Origin: an uncultured Clostridia bacterium
GTDB lineage: Bacteria; Bacillota; Clostridia; Oscillospirales; CAG-382
Length of the DNA stretch: 49,795 nucleotides
Direction: 5' to 3'
NCBI GenBank assembly: GCA_947627335.1
Contig: CANQVQ010000001.1
Location: 1 to 49,795 of the forward strand
The notes under the pieces are model-generated. The model worked only from the letters and a program-made list of their open reading frames with translations, did no database searches and was not told the origin of the DNA. Of this stretch, positions 16,690 through 28,131 are shown piece by piece. How positions within the stretch are numbered: position 1 is the stretch's first letter; the number at the start of each line of letters is the position of its first letter. A program made the translations under genes and the position numbers.

Positions 16690-17792
16690 ATGCGGATCAG
16701 GGAACTGACGCTCCAGCAGTTCAAGAACGCGGCGACGGAAACGTTGCCGTTCGCGGACGGGGTGAACGTCATCTGCGGAGAGAACGCCTCGGGGAAGACC
16801 AATCTGCTCGAAGCGATGTTCTTTTTCGCCGCCGGAAAGTCATTTCGGGGCTGTAAGGACCGGGAACTGATCCGTTTCGGCGAGGAGGAAGCCCGCGTGG
16901 AGCTGAAATTCCTTCGCGGGGAGGACGAATGCGTGGAATCCCGCATGGGCGTGTGGCTCCGCAAGGCGCAGAAGCGGCAGATTTCGGTGGAAGGGCAGCC
17001 GGTCCGTCGGCTGGCGGAGTATCTCGGGTTGTTTCGGGCGGTCATTTTCACGCCGGACCACCTGCATCTGGTGAAGGGTGCGCCGGAATGTCGGCGGCGG
17101 TTCCTCGATCTGGCGATCTGCCAGTCCTTTCCGCGGTACGCCGCGTCCGCGCAGGAGTACGGGCGGCTTTTGCAGCAGAAAAACGCGCTGCTGCACAGCG
17201 AATCCCCCGACCGAAAGCTGCTGGAAGTCTACCACGAACGAATGGCGGTCGCCGCCGCCGTGATTACGCTCAATCGGTTCCGCTACCTCGAAACGCTCGC
17301 GAAAGAGGCGCAGGAAGTGCAGAAGGAGATGTCCGGCGGGAAGGAACTGCTGGAACTGCGGTACTTTTCGCAGGTCGCGCCGAAGGAGGAGCGGACGGCG
17401 GAGGAACTGCGGGACGCGTATTTTACGCTGTTTCAGACCCGTCTGGACGCCGAACTGAAGCGGGGAACGACGCTGTTCGGTCCGCAGAAGGACGATTTCG
17501 CGGTGTATATCGACCGCAAGAACGCCAGGATCTTCGGTTCGCAGGGACAGCAGCGGTCGGCGGTGCTGGCGCTGAAGCTGGCGGAAGGGGAGCTGTCCCG
17601 CCGTCTGACCGGGGAGTACCCGGTGTTCCTGCTCGACGACATTCTTTCGGAGCTTGACGCCGGACGGCGAGGGTATATCCTCTCCCATCTCGCGGGGCGG
17701 CAGGTGATCCTGACCGGCTGCGAGCCGGAATTGCCGGAAGCGGGGGTATCCAACCGCATTCTGGTCCGAAACGGGGAAGCGACGGTGCTGTG

Positions 17793-17793
<1 letters not shown>
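16690..17793 (+). CDS. recF: DNA replication/repair protein RecF
   Basis: 367 aa with Walker A GENASGKTNLLEA, signature SQGQQRS and Walker B FLLDDILSELD. Confidence 0.95.
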
Positions 17794-20038
<2,245 letters not shown>

Positions 20039-20090
20039 GCCGGACGCATAAGCCGGGCAAGGACCCAAACCGCAAGGAAAGGACAGTATC

Positions 20091-22610
20091 ATGTCGGATC
20101 AGGAATTTGATTACAGCTCCCACGCGGAGCAAACCATACGGAACATCCGTATCGAGGACGAGATCAAGACCGCGTACATCGACTACGCGATGTCGGTCAT
20201 CGTCTCCCGCGCACTGCCGGACGTTCGGGACGGGCTGAAGCCGGTACACCGCCGCGTGCTTTACGCGATGTACGAGGACGGGCTGACGCACGACAAGCCG
20301 TTCCGCAAGTCCGCGACGACGGTCGGCGACGTGCTCGGTCGGTACCATCCGCACGGTGACACGGCGGTTTACTACACGATGGTGCGCATGGCGCAGGATT
20401 TTTCGCTGCGCTATCCGCTTATCGACGGACACGGCAACTACGGCAACATCGACGGCGACCCGCCCGCCGCGTACCGTTACACGGAAGCGCGTATGGCGCG
20501 TATCGCGGACGAAATGCTTGCCGACATCGACAAGGACGTCGTCAATTTCGACCCGAACTTCGACAACACCCGCACCGAGCCGCAGGTCCTGCCGTCCCGG
20601 TTCCCGAACCTGCTGGTCAACGGGTCTGTCGGCATCGCGGTCGGCATGGCGACGAATATCCCGCCGCACAATATGCGGGAGGTCTGTACCGCCTGCGCCT
20701 ACCTGATCGACCACCCGGACTGCACGATCCCCGAGCTGATGCAGTACATCAAGGGACCGGATTTCCCGACCTACGGTACGATCTACGGCACGGCGGGCAT
20801 CTACGAAACGTATATGACCGGGCAGGGGCATATCAAGGTCCGTGCGAAAGCGCATTTCGAGGAGAAAAAGGGTCGCACGGCGATCATCGTGACCGAATTG
20901 CCTTACCAGGTCAACCGTTCGATGCTGCTCGAAAAGATGGTGGATCTGGTCAAGACCAAGAAGATCGAGGGCATCAGCGACATCCGCAACGAATCCGGTC
21001 GAAAGGGTATGCGGATCGTCATCGAGGTCAAAAAGGACGCGAATCCGCAGATCGTCCTGAATCTGCTGTATAAGTATACCCAAATGGAGGACACCTGCGG
21101 GGTCAATATGCTCGCGCTCGTCAACGGCGAGCCGCGTGTGCTCAACCTCAAGGAGATCCTTTCCCATTACGTCAGGCACCGCGAAAGCGTCATCGTCCGC
21201 CGGACGAAGTTCGATCTGGCGAAGGCGGAACGGGAAGCCCACATCTTCGAGGGCTACAAAATCATCATCGACAACATCGACGAGGCGATCCGCATCATCC
21301 GCGCCTCCCAAAACGTCGCGGACGCACGGCAGAACCTGATGAACCGGTTCGGGCTTTCGGATCTGCAGGCGCAGGCGGTCGTGGAAATGCCGCTCGGGCG
21401 GTTGAGCGGGATGGAGCGGCAGAAGATCCTCGACCGTTTGAACGCGTTGTACGCGCTGATCAAGGACCTGCGGGAGATCCTCGCGGACGAGAGCCGGGTC
21501 ACGGCGATCATCAAGGAGGACCTCGCGGAGATCGCCGAGAAGTACGGCGACGACCGGCGGACGGAGATCGTCGAGGTCGAGAACGAGATCCTTATCGAGG
21601 ACCTGATCGAAAAGCAGGACTGCGTCGTGACGGTCACCAACGACGGGTATATCAAGCGCCTGCCCGCGGACACCTACGCGTCCCAGCGGCGCGGCGGCAA
21701 GGGCGTGACGGCGATGGGCACGAAGGAGGAGGACTATGTGCGCAGCGTGTTCGTCGCGTACAGCCACGATACCCTGCTGCTGTTCTCCAATCAGGGGCGA
21801 ATGTACGTCAAGAAATGCTACGAGATCCCCGAAGCGGGGCGCACCGCGAAGGGGACCAACCTGATCAACCTGCTGCAGCTCTCCGAGGGCGAGCAGATCA
21901 CGGCGGGGATCTCCATCCGCGCCTTCAACGAAGGGGAATATCTGGTCTTTTTGACCCGCAACGGCATCGTCAAGCGGGTGGAACTGACCGAGTACCGCTC
22001 CCGCCGCCAGAGCGGGCTGTTCGCGATCCGTCTGGACGAGGGCGACGCGCTTCTGACCGTCCTCAAGACCGGCGGGAACGACCATCTGCTGTGCGCGACC
22101 CGCATGGGCGCGAGCATTCGCTTCGACGAGGGCGACGCCCGCTGTATGGGTCGTCAGGCGCGGGGCGTCGGCGCGATCTCCCTGCGGCGCGGGGATTACC
22201 TCGTGGGCGCCTGCGTCATTCCGAACGGGGTCAACGATCCCGCGTACCGGGTGTTGACGGTCACGGAAGGCGGGTACGCCAAGCGGACCGACTGCGCGGA
22301 ATTCCCGCTGCAGCGCCGGTACGGGAGCGGCGTGCGGTGCCACGCGGTCGGCGAAAAGACCGGGCTGCTGGCGGGCGTCGCGCTCGTGCGGGAAACGGAC
22401 GACCTGATGATGATCACCGACGGCGGCACGATCGTGCGCACGGCGGTCGGCGAGGTCCCGGTGTACGGCAGGAGCGCCGGCGGGGTCATCGCGATGCGGC
22501 TGAACGAAGGCGCGAAGCTGGTCAGCTTCGACGTGACGGCGCCCGTCGCGGAAGCGGCGGAGGACGCGTCCGCAGAACCGAACGAAAATCCCGCAGAAAC
22601 GGAGGAATAA
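20091..22610 (+). CDS. gyrA: DNA gyrase subunit A
   Basis: 839 aa. Motifs [29 protein letters not shown], active-site [10 protein letters not shown], and C-terminal beta-pinwheel repeats. Confidence 0.97.
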   Translation: MSDQEFDYSSHAEQTIRNIRIEDEIKTAYIDYAMSVIVSRALPDVRDGLKPVHRRVLYAMYEDGLTHDKPFRKSATTVGDVLGRYHPHGDTAVYYTMVRMAQDFSLRYPLIDGHGNYGNIDGDPPAAYRYTEARMARIADEMLADIDKDVVNFDPNFDNTRTEPQVLPSRFPNLLVNGSVGIAVGMATNIPPHNMREVCTACAYLIDHPDCTIPELMQYIKGPDFPTYGTIYGTAGIYETYMTGQGHIKVRAKAHFEEKKGRTAIIVTELPYQVNRSMLLEKMVDLVKTKKIEGISDIRNESGRKGMRIVIEVKKDANPQIVLNLLYKYTQMEDTCGVNMLALVNGEPRVLNLKEILSHYVRHRESVIVRRTKFDLAKAEREAHIFEGYKIIIDNIDEAIRIIRASQNVADARQNLMNRFGLSDLQAQAVVEMPLGRLSGMERQKILDRLNALYALIKDLREILADESRVTAIIKEDLAEIAEKYGDDRRTEIVEVENEILIEDLIEKQDCVVTVTNDGYIKRLPADTYASQRRGGKGVTAMGTKEEDYVRSVFVAYSHDTLLLFSNQGRMYVKKCYEIPEAGRTAKGTNLINLLQLSEGEQITAGISIRAFNEGEYLVFLTRNGIVKRVELTEYRSRRQSGLFAIRLDEGDALLTVLKTGGNDHLLCATRMGASIRFDEGDARCMGRQARGVGAISLRRGDYLVGACVIPNGVNDPAYRVLTVTEGGYAKRTDCAEFPLQRRYGSGVRCHAVGEKTGLLAGVALVRETDDLMMITDGGTIVRTAVGEVPVYGRSAGGVIAMRLNEGAKLVSFDVTAPVAEAAEDASAEPNENPAETEE

Positions 22611-22616
22611 CCGCGA

Positions 22617-22952
22617 ATGGCATCGGAGAGAGAGCGTGCGCGGGAGGAGTACCTGCGCATTCGGGAGCAGGCGTTGAAGGTGGACCGAAAAGGACGTCTG
22701 GCGAAGGTCTGGACGGACACGCACTACCTGCTTTGCGGTGGCGCGATCATCGCGGCGGCGGTCCTGCTGGTGTCCAACTGGACGGACCTTTCCGCCGGGA
22801 GCCGGTGGTTGTGGATCGCCGTCAGCGTCGCGGCGGTCGGCGTGTTCATCGCGCTCGGCAGTATCCCGACCCGCAAGATGCTCCGGCACAAAAAGGAACT
22901 CCACGACCTGCAGCAAAAGCTGGAGGACCTGGAGTCCAAATACCACTTATAA
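22617..22952 (+). CDS. Hypothetical small membrane protein (2 TM + C-terminal coiled coil)
   Basis: 111 aa. GGAGGA lies 10 nt upstream. Two hydrophobic segments and a charged helical tail. No family recognised. Confidence 0.55.
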   Translation: MASERERAREEYLRIREQALKVDRKGRLAKVWTDTHYLLCGGAIIAAAVLLVSNWTDLSAGSRWLWIAVSVAAVGVFIALGSIPTRKMLRHKKELHDLQQKLEDLESKYHL

Positions 22953-22970
22953 AGTTCAAAGGATCGGCGT

Positions 22971-23402
22971 TCAGTCCGCGCCGTCTGCGAGAAAGCGGAT
23001 GGCGCGGGCGTAGCCCTCAAAGCCAAGCCCCTGGAACGTCGCCTTGCAGCAGGGCGTGATGTAGTTGACCTTGCGGTAATCCTCCCGCGATTGCGTGTCC
23101 GTCAGATGCACCTCCACGGTCGGGATGCCGACGGCGAGTAGGGCGTCGTGAATGGCGACGCTGGTGTGGGTATAGGCGGCGGGATTGAAGACGATCCCGT
23201 CAAAAACGCCGTAGGCCTGTTGAATTCGATCGACCAGATCCCCCTCGTGGTTGGATTGGTAGCACTCGCAGACGACGCCTGCGTCCGCGCAGGCTTTTTT
23301 CACGAAAGCGAGCAGCTCCGCATAGCTTTTTTTGCCGTAAATATCCGGCTCGCGAAGTCCCAGAAGGTTGATGTTCGGTCCGTTGAGAATCAGCAGTTTC
23401 AT
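22971..23402 (-). CDS. aroQ: Type II 3-dehydroquinate dehydratase
   Basis: 143 aa from ATG 23402 (AAAGGAG RBS). Begins MKLLILNGPNINLLGLREPDIYG, with an HEGDLVD motif. The longer ORF-track start has no support. Confidence 0.92.
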   Translation of the reverse strand: MKLLILNGPNINLLGLREPDIYGKKSYAELLAFVKKACADAGVVCECYQSNHEGDLVDRIQQAYGVFDGIVFNPAAYTHTSVAIHDALLAVGIPTVEVHLTDTQSREDYRKVNYITPCCKATFQGLGFEGYARAIRFLADGAD

Positions 23403-23419
23403 GCGGGCAAAACTCCTTT

Positions 23420-23716
23420 CTAATGCAGCAGGATCTTCCGCTTTTCCGGGTCGGAGGCGGGGCGGTACAGGCAGATCTTCCGCCCGATGACCTGCACCGG
23501 CTCGCAGGAGAGCGCGCCGCACAGCGTTTCGCAGACTTCGCGGGGAGGCGCAGGGCAGGTTTCGAGTACGGAGAGCTTAATGAGTTCGTGCGCTTCGAGC
23601 GCGTCGGAGAGGGTCTTGATCAGCGGGTCCGTCACGCCGTTTTTGCCGATCTGCGTGACCGGCGCCTTTTCCGCCGCGAGGGAGCGGAGGAAAGCCCGTT
23701 GCTTGGTGGTGATCAT
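23420..23716 (-). CDS. yhbY: YhbY-like CRM-domain RNA-binding (ribosome assembly) protein
   Basis: 98 aa: MITTKQRAFLRSLAAEKAPVTQIGKNGVTDPLIKTLSDALEAHELIKLSV. It is the 3' part of a spurious 442-aa ORF. Start overlaps the ttcA-like stop by 4 nt. Confidence 0.85.
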   Translation of the reverse strand: MITTKQRAFLRSLAAEKAPVTQIGKNGVTDPLIKTLSDALEAHELIKLSVLETCPAPPREVCETLCGALSCEPVQVIGRKICLYRPASDPEKRKILLH

Positions 23717-24492
23717 TGGTCGGTTCCTTTCTTTCCGTTTGGTTTCTTGCGGGCGCGTGGGTGAACGGCGAACCCGTCCAGCCCTGCGCGTTCCATCGCG
23801 CCGAACAGACGGTCCTTCAGCCCCGGGTCCCGCTTTTCCGCTTCCGCGAGGAAGCGTTTGGTGGTTTCGCGGACGGTTTCGCCGTCCGCGGGGCAGCGTT
23901 TGGGGGATGGGCGGATGCCGGAAGCGTTGACGAACCCTTTCAGGTCGTTCTCCCGGACGTACAGCAGCGGGCGGATCATCGTGATCCCCACGCGGTCGAG
24001 TTCCGTCACGGGGGAAAAGCAGCCGATACGCCCTTCGTGGAACAGGTTCATCAGGAAAGTCTCGACCGCGTCGTCGAAATGATGCCCGAGCGCGACGGTG
24101 CGGCAGCCTTCCTGCTTGGCGGTGCTGTACAGGATGCCCCGGCGCAGATTGGCGCACAGGGAGCAGGGATTCTTTTCCTTGCGCACGTCGAACACCACCG
24201 CGTAGATGTCCGTCGGGACTTCCAGCAGCGGGAGCGCCAGTTCGTCGCAGACCGATCGGATGTTTTCGTCGCTTTCCCCGGGAAAACCCATGCGCAGGTG
24301 GATCGGCAGCAGCTCGAACGGCAGCGGATAGAACTTTCGCAGCCCCGCGAGGGCGACGAGCAGGGCGAGGCTGTCCTTGCCGCCGGATACCCCGACCGCG
24401 ATGCGGTCGTTCGCACGGATCATGCCGTAATCGTCCACCGCACGGCGGACTTGGGAGAGCAGGCTTTGGTAGGAGCGGATGCGCAGGTTCAT
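23713..24492 (-). CDS. ttcA: PP-loop ATPase, tRNA 2-thiocytidine (TtcA)-like thiolase
   Basis: 259 aa from ATG 24492. PP-loop SGGKDS, a CSLC Cys pair, GHHFDD motif. 4-nt overlap with nth. Confidence 0.8.
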   Translation of the reverse strand: MNLRIRSYQSLLSQVRRAVDDYGMIRANDRIAVGVSGGKDSLALLVALAGLRKFYPLPFELLPIHLRMGFPGESDENIRSVCDELALPLLEVPTDIYAVVFDVRKEKNPCSLCANLRRGILYSTAKQEGCRTVALGHHFDDAVETFLMNLFHEGRIGCFSPVTELDRVGITMIRPLLYVRENDLKGFVNASGIRPSPKRCPADGETVRETTKRFLAEAEKRDPGLKDRLFGAMERAGLDGFAVHPRARKKPNGKKGTDQ

Positions 24493-25136
24493 GGCGTTTC
24501 CTTTCCCGCGCACGCGTGGGCGCAGACGTCCCGCAGGACGCAGGCGTCGCACCGCGGACGGCGTGCGATGCACACGTCCCGCCCGTACTGCACCAGCCGG
24601 TGGCAGAAATCGCTCTGCTTGTCCTTCGGGACCAGCCCGTCGAGCTGACGCTCCACCTTGTGCGGGTCGGTCGAATCCGCAAATCCGAGCAGATTGCTGA
24701 TGCGGATGCAGTGGGTGTCCGCGACGATGCCGCCGAGTCCGAACACATCCCCGCGGATCAGGTTCGCCACCTTCCGCCCGACCCCGGCGAGCGAGAGCAG
24801 GTCGTCCATCTCCGACGGGACCTTCCCGCCGTAGACTTCGGTCAGCCGGACGGACATGAGGTGCAGATTCTTCGCCTTGCTGTGATAGAGTCCGCAGGTG
24901 CGGATCAGGTCCTCGATCTCCCCGACGTTGCCCGCCGCCATGGACGGCGCGTCCGGGAAACGGGCGAACAGCGGACCGGAAACCAGGTTGACGCGTGCGT
25001 CGGTGCATTGGGCGGACAGGATCGCCATGACCAGCAGGCGGAACGGGTCCTCCCCGGCTTCAAGCGCACATTGCGCGTCCGGATAATAGGCTTCCAGCCG
25101 GCGGACGACCTCCGCCATCTCCTCCCGGCTACGCAT
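24489..25136 (-). CDS. nth: Endonuclease III
   Basis: 215 aa from ATG 25136. HhH motif LLSLAGVGRKVANLI and Fe-S cluster C-x6-C-x2-C-x5-C (CIARRPRCDACVLRDVC). Confidence 0.92.
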   Translation of the reverse strand: MRSREEMAEVVRRLEAYYPDAQCALEAGEDPFRLLVMAILSAQCTDARVNLVSGPLFARFPDAPSMAAGNVGEIEDLIRTCGLYHSKAKNLHLMSVRLTEVYGGKVPSEMDDLLSLAGVGRKVANLIRGDVFGLGGIVADTHCIRISNLLGFADSTDPHKVERQLDGLVPKDKQSDFCHRLVQYGRDVCIARRPRCDACVLRDVCAHACAGKETP

Positions 25137-25683
25137 CGAAGATAAAATCCACGTCCCCCGACAGGAGGGAGAGGATCCCACGGTAGATGATGTCCGCCCG
25201 GTCCTCGAAGTTGGCGCAGAGCTTGTCCGCGAGCGCCTTATCGCTCAGGAATACCGAGGTTTCGAGCAGGGTTTTTCGATTGTCCGCGATCGTGCAGGTC
25301 ACGGTCCAGCCGGAGCCGGTTTCCGCGACCCTGCTGGTCTGGCGCACGCCGTTCCGCTTGAACGCGAGGACGCGCAGGGCGTGCCGAAGCGCACGGTCCT
25401 TGTCGTCGGAAAGCAGGTCCTGCTCGTAGGTTTCCAGCACGGAGCGCCCCTGCGGGGTGATGCGGTAGAGCGGTTCGCCCTCCGGGGTGCGGGAATCGGA
25501 AACCAACTGTCCCTGCTCCAGCAGTTCGCTGAAGGCGGGGGCGAAGTCAAAGTAGTTGACCAGCCCGTCCTGCAGGACCATGTCGTTGACGGTGGTGAAT
25601 TCGACGGGTTCGTCGATGTTGCCGAGGATGTAGAGGATGAAGATCTTCGCCTGCGTGCGGATCTCCTTCTCGTCGAGCGCCAA
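25129..25683 (-). CDS. DUF4364-family protein
   Basis: Start set at TTG 25683: GGAGG lies 9 nt upstream, and the promoter at 25721-25749 lies inside the longer ORF-track version (25785). Family call is from memory of the IFILYIL...VNYFDF pattern. Confidence 0.6.
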   Translation of the reverse strand: MALDEKEIRTQAKIFILYILGNIDEPVEFTTVNDMVLQDGLVNYFDFAPAFSELLEQGQLVSDSRTPEGEPLYRITPQGRSVLETYEQDLLSDDKDRALRHALRVLAFKRNGVRQTSRVAETGSGWTVTCTIADNRKTLLETSVFLSDKALADKLCANFEDRADIIYRGILSLLSGDVDFIFDA

Positions 25684-25720
25684 TGCGGCATTCCTCCGTT
25701 TCTTTTTCTGCGTTTTCTCT

Positions 25721-25749
25721 ATTATACTCTCTTTTGTTCTTTTTTTCAA
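25721..25749 (-). promoter_or_regulatory. Promoter of the DUF4364-nth-ttcA-yhbY-aroQ operon
   Basis: Minus strand reads TTGAAA-17 nt-TATAAT. Confidence 0.6.
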
Positions 25750-25772
25750 TATGATTCGTACAAAACTTTTGC

Positions 25773-25801
25773 TTGCATTCCGCAAAATACCCTGCTATAA
25801 T
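25773..25801 (+). promoter_or_regulatory. Promoter of the rnfC-like/rnfD-like/rlmD unit
   Basis: TTGCAT-17 nt-TATAAT with a TGc extended -10. Divergent from the promoter at 25721-25749. Confidence 0.65.
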
Positions 25802-25845
25802 GAGTACAATGACGGCGCACAGGCGCAGAAACAGGAGGACCTGCC

Positions 25846-27111
25846 ATGGTTCTGAACTATCCGGGAGGGCTGTTCCTTCCCCCACGGGCGGACGAACGGA
25901 CGCTTCTGACCATCGTCTCGGACCCGCTGGTCGTGACGCCCGGGAAGCTCGACGAGGTATATCTTGCGCTCGAAGGGCGCTCGGACACGCTGCTGTGCCG
26001 GGAGGGCGGAACGGTCCGCGCAGGAGAGGCGGTCGCACGTCTCGCGGACGGGACGCCGATCTACGCGTCGGTGCCGGGTCGGTTCGACGGGATCTTTGAG
26101 AATCGCGGCAAGCCGTATGCCCGCGTCGCCGTGGACGCGAATGCGGACGAGCTTCCCGTGCAGGTGCGCGAGCCGGAAAAGAAACGGCTTTCGGACCTGT
26201 CCCGCGAGGAACTGCTCGACGCGGTGCGGACGCTCGGCATTTTCGACGTCTGGTCGGGGGATTGGCTCTGGCGGCGGGCGCAGAATGCGTGGAAAAGCGA
26301 GGTGTACCGGGTCGTCATCGACCTGACCGACGCGAACGGCTGGTCGCTGACCGGCTGCCGTGCGGCGCTGCGGGCCGCCGGGGACGTGCTCAACGGCGCG
26401 AAGGTGCTGCTGCAGCTGCTCGGCGCGACGAAGGTCCTGCTGATCGTCGATCGCACCCAACGGCGGCAGGCGAAAGTGTTCCGTGCGCTGATCAACGACC
26501 CGTCGCTGGTCGTGCTGGGCGAGGTGGAGCCGAAATACCCGCTGCGGGAGGAAACGCTGTACGAAGCGATCTACGCGAGGCGGCTTCCGCGTGGACGGAG
26601 CGCGCAGGACGAGGGGGTCTTTTTCGTCCGTGCGCAGACGGCGGAAGCGCTTTATCGGGCGATGCTGTCCGGGCGTCCGCAGACCACCCGCTGGCTGACC
26701 GCCGCCGGGGACGGTTTCAAGGCGGACGTCGTGGTGCAGACCCCGCTCGGCACGCCGTGGAAGCGGCTGCTGGAGCTTTGCCGGTTCAAGGGCGGCGAAT
26801 ATGTGACGAAGCTGGACTCCCCGCTGTACGGAGCGCCGGCGGAAGGCGTGCTCGGCGGTCGCACGGAAAGCGTGCTTTCCTCGCTGCCGGAGACGCGGAC
26901 GGCGGGGCACTGTATCGCCTGCGGGCGGTGCGCGGACGTCTGCCCGATGCGCCTGCAGCCCTATCGGATCCTGCGGACGCGAAGCTACCGGGCGGTCAGG
27001 ACGCTTGCCGCCGCCTGTATCGAATGCGGCTGCTGCTCGTATATCTGCCCGGCGGCATTGCCGCTGCGGGAAAGCATCGCGAAGCACCGCGACCCGTCCG
27101 AAAATCCCTGA
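25846..27111 (+). CDS. RnfC-like protein with two C-terminal 4Fe-4S motifs (divergent)
   Basis: 421 aa. AGGAGG lies 7 nt upstream. N-terminal RnfC_N-like barrel segment, CIACGRCADVCP and CIECGCCSYICP motifs. I could not find the GGAGFP-type nucleotide-binding motif of canonical RnfC. Confidence 0.6.
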   Translation: MVLNYPGGLFLPPRADERTLLTIVSDPLVVTPGKLDEVYLALEGRSDTLLCREGGTVRAGEAVARLADGTPIYASVPGRFDGIFENRGKPYARVAVDANADELPVQVREPEKKRLSDLSREELLDAVRTLGIFDVWSGDWLWRRAQNAWKSEVYRVVIDLTDANGWSLTGCRAALRAAGDVLNGAKVLLQLLGATKVLLIVDRTQRRQAKVFRALINDPSLVVLGEVEPKYPLREETLYEAIYARRLPRGRSAQDEGVFFVRAQTAEALYRAMLSGRPQTTRWLTAAGDGFKADVVVQTPLGTPWKRLLELCRFKGGEYVTKLDSPLYGAPAEGVLGGRTESVLSSLPETRTAGHCIACGRCADVCPMRLQPYRILRTRSYRAVRTLAAACIECGCCSYICPAALPLRESIAKHRDPSENP

Positions 27112-27126
27112 AAACGGAGGTTGGAT

Positions 27127-28131
27127 ATGTTTGTTCGTTCCCCACGTGATAAGACGGCGCTGGCGCTGGATCTGGGCATCGCGCTTCTGCCTGCGTCCGC
27201 ATGGGCGATCTACCTGTACGGTGGACGCGCCGCAGTCTTGATGATCTTCTGCGGCTTATGCTGCACGATTCTGGATTTTCCGGTGCAGAAGTTCATTTGC
27301 CGTGCGCCGATGAAGGACGCGCTTTCTCCGTTTCCGTTCCTGACCGGTGTGCTGACCGCGTTCTGGTTCCCCGTGAGCGTGCCGCTGTGGTTCGGTGCGG
27401 TCGCGGCGCTGCCGATCGTGGTCTGCCGTGCGTTCTTCCGCTATTTCGGGCATCGGCTGTTCAATTCGTCTATCTTCGCAGCCGTGGTGCTGTCCGCCGC
27501 GTTCCCGGAATACATGAACCGTTTCACCCGCCCGTTCGCGTATTTTCCCGCGTTTACGATCTCGCTCGACCCGAATCTGGTGCAGTATTGCCGCGTGCGC
27601 ACGCCGCTGGAGATCCTGCAGGGCGGGACGCTCTACGAGGACGGGATGCTGCCGCAGTTGTACGGGTACGCGTCGGGCGCGATGGGCGCGGTCGCGATCG
27701 CGGCGCTTCTGCTCGGCGGGGTCTGGCTGTTGGTGCGGCGGCAGTTGTCGCTGGGCACGACCGGCGCATATGTGCTGGCTCTGCTTGTTCTGGCGATGGC
27801 GTTCGCGCCGGAGGACGCGGAAATGCTCAATTACGGCTGGCTGTACCTGCTGTCCGGCGGGATCTCGCTGGTCGCGGTCTTTTCGCTGAACGACCCGGCG
27901 GCGATGCCGCGCACGGCGGTCGGGAAGATGCTGTCCGGCGGGATCGCCGGGATTTTGACCTTTGTTTTCCGGCAGTATCTCGGCGGGGAAGGTGCTTTGC
28001 CTGCGGTGCTGGTGACCAACCTGCTGACCCCGCTTCTGGAGCATTTCACCCTACCGCAGGATTACTATGCGGCCGGCAAACGCCGCAAGGAATCGCCGAA
28101 ACAGACCGCGTCCGCAGGGAGGCAGTCCTGA
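27127..28131 (+). CDS. RnfD/NqrB-family polytopic membrane protein (divergent)
   Basis: 334 aa from ATG 27127 (GGAGG 6 nt upstream). Multiple TM segments and a GAMGAVAIAALLLGGVWLL motif resembling the RnfD GE.S.LA.LLGG region. Confidence 0.65.
   Translation: MFVRSPRDKTALALDLGIALLPASAWAIYLYGGRAAVLMIFCGLCCTILDFPVQKFICRAPMKDALSPFPFLTGVLTAFWFPVSVPLWFGAVAALPIVVCRAFFRYFGHRLFNSSIFAAVVLSAAFPEYMNRFTRPFAYFPAFTISLDPNLVQYCRVRTPLEILQGGTLYEDGMLPQLYGYASGAMGAVAIAALLLGGVWLLVRRQLSLGTTGAYVLALLVLAMAFAPEDAEMLNYGWLYLLSGGISLVAVFSLNDPAAMPRTAVGKMLSGGIAGILTFVFRQYLGGEGALPAVLVTNLLTPLLEHFTLPQDYYAAGKRRKESPKQTASAGRQS

Noticed and set aside
23420-24748. 442-aa minus ORF that appears to be one gene
   Set aside because: Only its last 98 codons (23420..23716) form a recognisable protein, the YhbY-like CRM domain. 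The upstream part overlaps, out of frame, the real TtcA-like gene (23713..24492).
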